The position numbers were made by a program, and so were the translations under genes. DNA of 11,721 nt from Candidatus Eiseniibacteriota bacterium (GTDB lineage: Bacteria; Joyebacterota; Joyebacteria; Joyebacterales; Joyebacteraceae), in the NCBI GenBank assembly GCA_043819135.1, contig JBDRFG010000163.1:1-11721 (forward strand), written 5' to 3'. The notes below the pieces were generated by a model. That model saw nothing but the letters and a program-made list of their open reading frames with translations, did no database searches and was not told where the DNA came from. Below, one piece after another: positions 1-6,527 of the stretch. Position 1 is the stretch's first letter. The number at the start of each line of letters is the position of its first letter.

Positions 1-1311
1 GATGGCGTCGTCGAAGTCCTGCGCCTTGATGACCGCGCAGACCGGGCCGAAGATCTCTTCCTGCCCGATGGTGTCCCTCGAACGCACGCCGGCGATGATG
101 GTCGGCTCGACGAAGAAGCCGTTGCCGGCGTCCTTCGCGGGTCCGCCACCAAGCAACAGCTTCCCGCCTTCCTTCTGGGCGACCTCGATGTAATTGAGGA
201 TCGAGTCCATCGCCTTCTGGCTGATGACGGGGCCCATGTAGTTGCCCTGGTCCTTCGCGGGACCGATGGTGATCTTCTCCGTCTCGGCGACGAACTTCGT
301 GAGAAACTCGTCATAGACGTCGGCGACGACGATCACGCGGGAGCACGCGGAGCACTTCTGACCCTGGAACCCGAACGCCGCCGCGGTAGCACCCCTTGCG
401 GCCGAGTAGATGTCGGCGTCGGAGTCGACGACGATGGCGTCCTTGCCGCCCATCTCGGCAATGACGCGCTTGATCCATATCTGGCCTGGCTGCGTCTTGG
501 CGGCGAGTTCGACGATGCCGAGCCCCACCTGGCGCGAGCCCGTGAACGAGATGAACCTGGTCCTCGGGTGGCTCACGAGCGTGTTGCCGACCGTGCCACC
601 GCTGCCCGGGAAGAAGTTGAGAACGCCGGCCGGTAGCCTGGCCTCCTCCATTATCTCCATGAACTTGTAGCCGATGAGCGGCGAGTCGCTGGCGGGCTTG
701 AGAACCACCGTGTTGCCGGCAGCTATCGCCGCGGACGTCATACCGACCATGATGGCCAGTGGGAAGTTCCACGGAGGTATGACCACACCCACGCCGAGCG
801 GGATGTAGAAGTACTCGTTCTGTTCGCCGGGATACGGAGTGAGTTCCTGCGGCTCGGCGTACCTGACGGCCTCGCGGGCGTAGAACTCGAGGAAGTCAAT
901 GGCCTCGCACACGTCGGCGTCGGCCTCGATCCAGTTCTTCCCTTCCTCCAGCACCATCGTCGCGCCGAGTTCGATTCTGCGCCGCTGCATGATCTCGGCG
1001 GCCTTGAAGAGGTACTCCGCGCGCTCATCGGCGGGAACGTGCTGCCACTGCTCGAAGGCCGTGTCGGCCGCCTTGATCGCCTTCTCGGCCAGCTCGGGCG
1101 TGCCCTTCTGGAAGACACCCAGCACCATGTCCTTGTCGGACGGATTGAAGGTCTTGAGGAGACCCTCTCCCTTGACGCGCTCACCGTCGATGACGAGGTC
1201 GTATTCCCTCCCCGCCTCGCTCTCGACCTTGGCTATGGCCTCGGCCATGGCCTTCCTCTGGGCATCATCCTCGAACGTGTGGACCTCGCAGTTCGCAAAC
1301 TCCGGTCTCAT
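1..1311 (-). CDS. pruA: L-glutamate gamma-semialdehyde (delta-1-pyrroline-5-carboxylate) dehydrogenase, monofunctional PruA/RocA type; 3' end beyond window edge
   Basis: Hand translation of the minus strand from ATG 1311-1309 (SD AAGGAG 6 nt upstream), open to the edge: MRPEFANCEVHTFEDDAQRKAM...EEGKNWIEADADVCEAIDFLEFYAR...GVGVVIPPWNFPLAI...GNTVVLKPA...FTGSRQVG...QIWIKRVIAEMGGKD...AFGFQGQKCSACSR...QEEIFGPV. ALDH motifs (PWNFP, FTGS, EMGGK, catalytic Cys in GQKCS) plus P5CDH-typical signatures (EAIDF, PGQ.WIKRV, GQKCSAC). Confidence 0.93.
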   Translation of the reverse strand, partial: MRPEFANCEVHTFEDDAQRKAMAEAIAKVESEAGREYDLVIDGERVKGEGLLKTFNPSDKDMVLGVFQKGTPELAEKAIKAADTAFEQWQHVPADERAEYLFKAAEIMQRRRIELGATMVLEEGKNWIEADADVCEAIDFLEFYAREAVRYAEPQELTPYPGEQNEYFYIPLGVGVVIPPWNFPLAIMVGMTSAAIAAGNTVVLKPASDSPLIGYKFMEIMEEARLPAGVLNFFPGSGGTVGNTLVSHPRTRFISFTGSRQVGLGIVELAAKTQPGQIWIKRVIAEMGGKDAIVVDSDADIYSAARGATAAAFGFQGQKCSACSRVIVVADVYDEFLTKFVAETEKITIGPAKDQGNYMGPVISQKAMDSILNYIEVAQKEGGKLLLGGGPAKDAGNGFFVEPTIIAGVRSRDTIGQEEIFGPVCAVIKAQDFDDAI

Positions 1312-1385
1312 GTCCTGCTCCTTAGTGGGCTTTCCACCACCTGAATGTGGCTCACGTCCATCTGTCGAATGTCATCAGACCGTAT

Positions 1386-1414
1386 ATTCTAACAGCGCGG
1401 CGGGCCCTCTTCAA
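1386..1414 (-). promoter_or_regulatory. sigma70-type promoter for pruA (TTGAAG-N17-TAGAAT, extended -10 TGn)
   Basis: Minus strand reads TTGAAG agggcccgccgcgctgt TAGAAT: -35 at 1414-1409, -10 at 1391-1386, 17-nt spacer with TG at the extended -10 position; about 75 nt upstream of the pruA ATG. Confidence 0.7.
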
Positions 1415-1472
1415 GGGCCGGCCGGGCCTTTCTGCCCGCTCGGACGCGGGATCCTCCCGGCGCCGTTTTGGC

Positions 1473-1502
1473 TGGCGACGCAGCGTCGCCGGGCGGTAGA
1501 AT
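1473..1502 (+). promoter_or_regulatory. putative promoter for rfbB (-10 TAGAAT, weak -35 within an inverted repeat)
   Basis: TAGAAT at 1497-1502, 43 nt before ATG 1546. The -35 region is poor (TGGCGA, 18-nt spacer) and overlaps a perfect inverted repeat GGCGACG-cag-CGTCGCC (1474-1490). Confidence 0.45.
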
Positions 1503-1545
1503 GCCCGAGGGGAATCCACGCTCGACGAACCTGACGGGGGGACAC

Positions 1546-2568
1546 ATGAGAATCCTGGTGACCGGCGGCGCCGGCTTCATCGGCAGCAACTTCATCCGCC
1601 TCTATTTGGAGCGGCACGCCGACTGCGAGGTCGTCAATCTCGACAAGCTCACCTACGCGGGCAATCTCGAGAACTTGCGGGACGTCGAGAACGACCCGCG
1701 CTACAGCTTCGTTCACGGCGACATCTGCGACGGTGAAGTGGTAGAGCGTGCGATGGGGGGCGTCGGGGCGGTCGTGAACTTCGCGGCGGAGACTCACGTC
1801 GACCGGTCGATCGGCGACCCGTCCGGGTTCCTCAAGACAGACATCTTCGGTGTCCACGTGCTTCTCGAAGCGGCGCGGGCGGAGGGTGTCGAGCAGTTCG
1901 TCCAGATAAGTACCGACGAGGTCTATGGGGTGGCGACCGGCGAGGCGTTCACGGAGAGCGCCCCTATGAACCCGCGCAATCCCTACTCGGCAAGCAAAGC
2001 GGGCGGCGAGCTTCTCGCGCACTCGTACTTCACGACTTACGGCTTCCCCGTGATCATAACGCGCGGCGCGAACAACGTCGGCCCTAACCAGTACCCCGAG
2101 AAGGTCATCCCCCTCTTCGCAACGAACGCCCTCGAGGACAAGCCTCTCCCCCTCTACGGCAGCGGCGAGCAGGAGCGCGACTACACGCACGTCCTGGACC
2201 ACTGCACCGGCATCGATCGTGTCATGGAGAAGGGAGCGCCCGGCGAGACCTACAACATCGGCGCCGGGAATCACATGAAGAACATCGACATGGCCAGGCT
2301 GCTCCTCAAGGAACTGGGCAAGCCCGAGGAACTCATAGTGCACGTCGAGGACCGTGAGGGCCACGACTTCCGCTACGCCATCGACTCGACCAAGCTCAGG
2401 GCACTCGGCTGGAAGCCGTCGTTCGACGCTGAGGCCGCGATCCTGGACACGGTGCGCTGGTACGTGGAGAACCCCGGCTGGTGGCAGCCGATCAAATCAG
2501 GTGAGTTCAGAGAGTACTACGAGCGGCAGTATGGAAGGCGCCTCGAGGAAGCCGGAGGAACCGGCTAG
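1546..2568 (+). CDS. rfbB: dTDP-glucose 4,6-dehydratase (RmlB/RfbB), 340 aa
   Basis: MRILVTGGAGFIGSNF Rossmann start, LDKLTYAGN, FAAETHVDRSI, STDEVYG (Thr-Asp-Glu), YSASK (YxxxK), GPNQYPEK, DREGHDFRYAID. Start moved from the ORF-track 1468 to ATG 1546 (GGGGGGA upstream; family N-terminus). Confidence 0.93.
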   Translation: MRILVTGGAGFIGSNFIRLYLERHADCEVVNLDKLTYAGNLENLRDVENDPRYSFVHGDICDGEVVERAMGGVGAVVNFAAETHVDRSIGDPSGFLKTDIFGVHVLLEAARAEGVEQFVQISTDEVYGVATGEAFTESAPMNPRNPYSASKAGGELLAHSYFTTYGFPVIITRGANNVGPNQYPEKVIPLFATNALEDKPLPLYGSGEQERDYTHVLDHCTGIDRVMEKGAPGETYNIGAGNHMKNIDMARLLLKELGKPEELIVHVEDREGHDFRYAIDSTKLRALGWKPSFDAEAAILDTVRWYVENPGWWQPIKSGEFREYYERQYGRRLEEAGGTG

Positions 2569-2954
2569 CCACGCTCGAAGTGCCCGGCACCGATGATGAG
2601 GGCCAGTCCGATCCCCACGATTACAAAGATGTACGCCAGGAAGGCCCCCTGCCCCCAGAACCGCACGGTCACCGGGAAGATGAGCTGGTAGAGACCGAGC
2701 ACACCAACCAGCATCCCTACGAAGCGCCCCGTCTTCTTCGGGTCGGCGACTCCGTAGTCCTTGTATCCGGCCACGAGGCCCAGATACCTGCCGTGCCAGA
2801 AGACGCGGGCCAAGAGCAGCAGCAGTATGCCCAGGGGAACCGTGATGAACGCGACGGTCATTGCGGTCTGCGCGGCCCGGAACGGGAGGTCGTCACTCTG
2901 AAGTCCCGGTATCCTGATTGCCACGAGCAGCATTGCAGCGGTGAATGACAGCAT
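2565..2954 (-). CDS. small integral membrane protein, 129 aa, DUF3784-like
   Basis: ATG 2954-2952 with SD GGAGG 5 nt upstream and its own promoter. Hydrophobic N-terminus plus three hydrophobic segments; loop GRYLGLVAGYKD..DPKKTGRFVG resembles the LIAGYN...K.L.RF.G pattern I associate with DUF3784 (tentative). Its TAG overlaps the rfbB TAG in CTAG 2565-2568. Confidence 0.75.
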   Translation of the reverse strand: MLSFTAAMLLVAIRIPGLQSDDLPFRAAQTAMTVAFITVPLGILLLLLARVFWHGRYLGLVAGYKDYGVADPKKTGRFVGMLVGVLGLYQLIFPVTVRFWGQGAFLAYIFVIVGIGLALIIGAGHFERG

Positions 2955-3004
2955 GAGGTCCTCCACACTCCGTCCGGTCGGCCCCCCTCGGTGTCTACGG
3001 TGGC

Positions 3005-3033
3005 ATTCTATACGAGCGTGACGGACGACGCAA
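3005..3033 (-). promoter_or_regulatory. sigma70-type promoter for the membrane-protein gene (TTGCGT-N17-TAGAAT)
   Basis: Minus strand TTGCGT (3033-3028), 17-nt spacer, TAGAAT (3010-3005); 50 nt upstream of ATG 2954. Confidence 0.65.
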
Positions 3034-3086
3034 GGTGCGAACGGGGCCTGGACCTGAAAGAGCACGGGACCACGACCGCAAACCCC

Positions 3087-3115
3087 TTGAACCTGAGCCG
3101 CACTCGCATTACCAT
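3087..3115 (+). promoter_or_regulatory. sigma70-type promoter for glnA (TTGAAC-N17-TACCAT)
   Basis: TTGAAC 3087-3092, 17-nt spacer, TACCAT 3110-3115; SD AAGGAG 3151-3156 and ATG 3164 downstream. Confidence 0.6.
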
Positions 3116-3163
3116 TGCTCCCATCAGCCCCACCAAGGCACCCGCAGCCCAAGGAGACACACG

Positions 3164-4480
3164 ATGACCAGAGACGAAGTCCTCTCGACTGTCGCGAAGC
3201 GTGGTATCCGTTTCATACGCCTGCTCTTCTGCGACATCGTCGGATTCCCGAAGTGCGTGACCATAACGAGCGACGAGCTCGAGGACTCGCTGGACAACGG
3301 GAAAGGTTTCGACGGATCGTCGATCGAGGGATTCACCAGGATCTACGAGAGCGACATGATCGCGATGCCGGACCCGTCGACGTTCAAGGTGCTTCCCTGG
3401 AGTGAAGGTGGTGAGGAGGCGCTGCTCTTCTGCGACGTGCTCGAACCCGACGGAACTCCCTACGCCGGCGACCCACGGTCGACGCTCAAACGCGTGCTAC
3501 GACTGGTCGCGAAGCGCGGTTGGACGTTCAACATCGGCCCGGAACTCGAGTACTTCTACTTCACGAAGGGCGAGTGTCCGCGCCCGCTGGACAGCGCGGG
3601 CTATTTCGACCTCACTCCGCCGGACCTGGGAGAGGCGCTTCGCAAGAAGACCATCATCGCGCTCGACTCGCTGGGCATCCGCGTGGAGTGCTCTCATCAC
3701 GAGGTCGCTCCGAGCCAGCACGAGATCGACCTCAAGTACGGCGACGCTCTTGCGGCCGCCGACAATGTGATGCTCTCCAAACTCGTCATCAAGGAGATCG
3801 CGCTGCAGGCGGACGTGCACGCGACGTTCATGCCCAAGCCCATCTACGGCGAGAACGGCAGCGGCATGCACCTGCACCAGTCGCTCATCGCTGACGGCAG
3901 GAACGTATTCCACGACCCCAACGATGAGTCTCACCTCTCTGCCGTCGCGAAGTCGTATACCGAGGGACTGCTGCGGCACGCACGTGAGATCACGCTGCTC
4001 ACCGACCAGTGGGTCAACTCCTACAAGCGCCTCGTCCCGGGCTACGAGGCGCCGGTCTACATCTCGTGGGCGCGTATGAACCGCTCCACGCTCATCCGCG
4101 TTCCGCGCTACAGGCCCGGTCACGAGATGTCGACCCGCATCGAACTTCGCTGTCCCGACCCGGCGTGCAACCCGTATCTCGTGTTCGCGGTGATGCTGGC
4201 CGCCGGGCTCAAGGGCGTCGACGAGAAGCTGACTCTCCGCGACCACGTGGAGGAGAACATCTTCGCGATGACGACCGAAGAGCGGGAGGAGCGCGGCATC
4301 AAGATGCTCCCGGGAAACCTGTCCGAGGCCATCGCCGTAGCGAGGAAGAGCGCGCTCCTCAGGGAGACGCTCGGCGAGGAGACCTTCGAGAAGCTCCTGA
4401 GGAACAAGACCGCGGCGTGGGACAAGTACAGGAGCATTGTCACGCCCTACGAGATGGAAAAGGACCTGCCGGTGCTGTAG
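3164..4480 (+). CDS. glnA: glutamine synthetase type I (GSI-alpha), 438 aa
   Basis: GFDGSSIEGFTRIYESDM, GPELEYF, HHEVAPSQHEI, ATFMPKP..GENGSGMHLHQSL, NSYKRLVPGYEAP, NRSTLIRVP, RIELRCPDPACNPYL. The ammonium-site Asp (FDGSS) and Glu flap (GYEAP) are present, so a true GS is more likely than a gamma-glutamyl-amine ligase. Start at ATG 3164 after SD AAGGAG. Confidence 0.93.
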   Translation: MTRDEVLSTVAKRGIRFIRLLFCDIVGFPKCVTITSDELEDSLDNGKGFDGSSIEGFTRIYESDMIAMPDPSTFKVLPWSEGGEEALLFCDVLEPDGTPYAGDPRSTLKRVLRLVAKRGWTFNIGPELEYFYFTKGECPRPLDSAGYFDLTPPDLGEALRKKTIIALDSLGIRVECSHHEVAPSQHEIDLKYGDALAAADNVMLSKLVIKEIALQADVHATFMPKPIYGENGSGMHLHQSLIADGRNVFHDPNDESHLSAVAKSYTEGLLRHAREITLLTDQWVNSYKRLVPGYEAPVYISWARMNRSTLIRVPRYRPGHEMSTRIELRCPDPACNPYLVFAVMLAAGLKGVDEKLTLRDHVEENIFAMTTEEREERGIKMLPGNLSEAIAVARKSALLRETLGEETFEKLLRNKTAAWDKYRSIVTPYEMEKDLPVL

Positions 4481-4503
4481 GGAAGCCGACTGCGGATGCG
4501 ACG

Positions 4504-4521
4504 CCCCACGCCCTCGTGGGG
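4504..4521. repeat. inverted repeat/hairpin between glnA and SDR
   Basis: CCCCACG-ccct-CGTGGGG, perfect 7-bp stem, 23 nt after the glnA stop. No U-tract, so it may be a stability or pause hairpin rather than an intrinsic terminator. Confidence 0.4.
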
Positions 4522-4554
4522 GGGGCGGCCGAACCCACCGGCAGAGGAGACGGC

Positions 4555-5346
4555 ATGGAACTCGGACTCGACGGGAAGCGCGCGCTGGTCACGGCGTCGT
4601 CTCAGGGAATCGGGAGGGCGTGCGCGCTCGAGCTCGCCCGCGAGGGCGCCGACATTGTCATCTGCGCCAGAGGCGCCAAAGCGCTGGCGGCGACGCGCGA
4701 GGCGATAGCGGACGAGACGGGCCGCAGGGTCGTGGCCATAGCTGTTGACCTGTCGTTCGGGGCGGAGATCGAGCAGCTGATGGAGCGGACGCTCGCGGAG
4801 CTCGGTGGGCTGGACGTCCTCGTCACCAACGCCGGAGGCCCGCCTTCCGGGCCTTTCATGGACTTCGACGACGAAGCCTGGATGAAGGCCGTCACGCTCA
4901 ATCTCATGAGCGTAGTGCGGCTCAACCGCGCGGCCGTCCCGATGATGCGCGAGGCGGGCGGCGGAGCCATCATCAACCTGACGTCCATCTCGGTCAAGGA
5001 ACCCATCAAGGGGCTCGTGCTCTCGAACTCGGTCCGCGCCGGCGTCGTCGGGCTGTCGAAGACGCTCGCCAACGAACTGGGGCCGGACGGGATCCGCGTC
5101 AACGTCGTGTGCCCCGGCTACACGGCAACCGACAGGATGACCGAGCTGATGACCGCCCGCTCCGAGCGCGAGGGCAAGAGCTATGACGAGATAGCCGCCG
5201 GGTTCTACGCGTCCGTGCCGCTCGGAGAGTTCGGCGAACCAGCGGACATCGCGCGTATGGTCGCGTTCCTCGCGTCCGACGCCGCCGGGTACGTCACGGG
5301 CGTCACGGTTCAGGTGGACGGCGGCGCCGTCCGGGGACTGCTTTAG
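4555..5346 (+). CDS. atypical short-chain dehydrogenase/reductase (BKR-like SDR-like subgroup), 263 aa
   Basis: SD GAGGAG then ATG 4555: MELGLDGKRALVTASSQGIG, ICARG, LDVLVTNAGGPP, IINLTS, GIRVNVVCPG..AT.R, FLASDAAGYVTG...VDGG. YxxxK is replaced by SNSVR. Confidence 0.9.
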   Translation: MELGLDGKRALVTASSQGIGRACALELAREGADIVICARGAKALAATREAIADETGRRVVAIAVDLSFGAEIEQLMERTLAELGGLDVLVTNAGGPPSGPFMDFDDEAWMKAVTLNLMSVVRLNRAAVPMMREAGGGAIINLTSISVKEPIKGLVLSNSVRAGVVGLSKTLANELGPDGIRVNVVCPGYTATDRMTELMTARSEREGKSYDEIAAGFYASVPLGEFGEPADIARMVAFLASDAAGYVTGVTVQVDGGAVRGLL

Positions 5347-5359
5347 AGGGGGATCGAGT

Positions 5360-6487
5360 ATGAGCAAGCTATTGGCTCGCGCACTCTGTCTGGCCGCGAT
5401 CCTGTTTGTCGTGGCATCGTGCTCAAGCACCAGCGACCCGAGTTCCGTGTCCGGTGACCCCACGGTGGAATCCCTCAGTCCGGCCGACGGCGCCACGGAC
5501 GTGGGGCTCGTCAAGCGTATCGAGGTCGAGTTCTCTGAGGCTATCGACCCCGCGACCGTCAACGACACCACTCTGGTCATCACCGAGCGCGGCATCGAGG
5601 GATTCGTCGAGTACGACGAGTCGTCTCACACGGTCACGTTCACGCCGGACACGCTCTACGCCGCGAACAGCTGGTTCGACGGGGTCGTGTCCGACGACGT
5701 CACAGACATGAGCGGCCACGCGCTCGCACAGACGGAAGCGTTCTCGTTCCAGACAGGCGCGTTCGACTGCGCCCATCTGACGGACTACATGGAGCCAAAC
5801 GAATCGATCGCGCAGGCAGCGCCCATCGAGCTGGCGCGCACATACCGCACCCTCAGCGGGTGCGACTCCGACACGGACTTCTTCGAGTTCACGCTGACGG
5901 ACACGGCAAAGGTCCTTCCGCTGGCGCGTTTCAAGCGCGCGAACCACGAGGTGTGTTTTCTCTACATCCGGCGCTACACCGGCGGGGAGTACGGCTACAT
6001 CGGTTCGAGCGTTGAGGACGGCGACTTCATCGGCGGGGGCTACACGCTGCTGCCGGGAACATACTACGCCGAGGTCATGGCCCAGGGCGGCTACGAGGAC
6101 TACGTGCTCTACGACTTCAGCGTGAACACAATGACTCCCTGCCACGACGACGCGTACGAGGACAACGACTTCTTCGACGAGGCGACACCCATCAGTCCCG
6201 GCACCAGCGAGAACCTGCGGGGGTGCACCGTAGACAAGGACTTCTACGCCGTTCACGCGGATTCCGGCCAGCTGATCACGCTCACTGTCGACGCGCACAC
6301 GGGCGGCACAGACACGAGGCAGTACGTCATCTACGGGCCCTCCGAGGACAACCTGGCAATGTACTGGGACGTAGGCAACCCCGTGACCATTGACGCGCAC
6401 GCGACGGAGACCGGAACGTACTATCTCTTCGTCCGTTTCTGGTCGGACGGCTACGTGTACGACATGGACGTGAGCGTGGAGGATTGA
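5360..6487 (+). CDS. lipoprotein: Ig-like (Big_5-like) domain plus two PPC-like beta-sandwich domains, paralog 1, 375 aa
   Basis: Signal peptide with lipobox VAS-C21 and Ser-rich tether. PTV...SPADGATDV....I.V.FSEAIDPATVN...FTP..L...D.SG..L....FSFQTG is an Ig-like (Big_5) pattern. Two units follow, starting DYMEPNESIAQAAPI and DAYEDNDFFDEATPI, each with D.DFF/D.DFY and PGTYY/TGTYY (PPC-like). Domain names by pattern recognition. Confidence 0.8.
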   Translation: MSKLLARALCLAAILFVVASCSSTSDPSSVSGDPTVESLSPADGATDVGLVKRIEVEFSEAIDPATVNDTTLVITERGIEGFVEYDESSHTVTFTPDTLYAANSWFDGVVSDDVTDMSGHALAQTEAFSFQTGAFDCAHLTDYMEPNESIAQAAPIELARTYRTLSGCDSDTDFFEFTLTDTAKVLPLARFKRANHEVCFLYIRRYTGGEYGYIGSSVEDGDFIGGGYTLLPGTYYAEVMAQGGYEDYVLYDFSVNTMTPCHDDAYEDNDFFDEATPISPGTSENLRGCTVDKDFYAVHADSGQLITLTVDAHTGGTDTRQYVIYGPSEDNLAMYWDVGNPVTIDAHATETGTYYLFVRFWSDGYVYDMDVSVED

Positions 6488-6527
6488 CGCGCTGCACAGG
6501 GACCACAGGAGTCAACAGGAGGTCATC

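Noticed and set aside
1330..1378. CUGAUGA...GAAA in the pruA leader (hammerhead ribozyme core; also resembles the 3' half of a fluoride riboswitch)
   Set aside because: Stem II would be only a weak 4-bp wobble-rich helix, no stem III with a U-H cleavage site can be formed, and the 5' GGnGAUGG element of the fluoride riboswitch is absent.
2955..3163. Riboswitch or sRNA upstream of glnA
   Set aside because: The region is explained by two back-to-back promoters; the predicted glnA leader is only about 40 nt, C/A-rich and without stable stems.
4009..4554. Long N-terminal extension of the SDR ORF overlapping glnA
   Set aside because: Alternative-frame read of glnA in high-GC DNA; the real start is ATG 4555 with SD GAGGAG.
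1..5346. Gamma-glutamylation catabolic cluster (GS-like ligase + ALDH + SDR)
   Set aside because: The GS keeps the true-GS ammonium-site residues, the ALDH has P5C-dehydrogenase signatures and is separately and divergently transcribed, and no gamma-glutamyl hydrolase or amine transporter is present.
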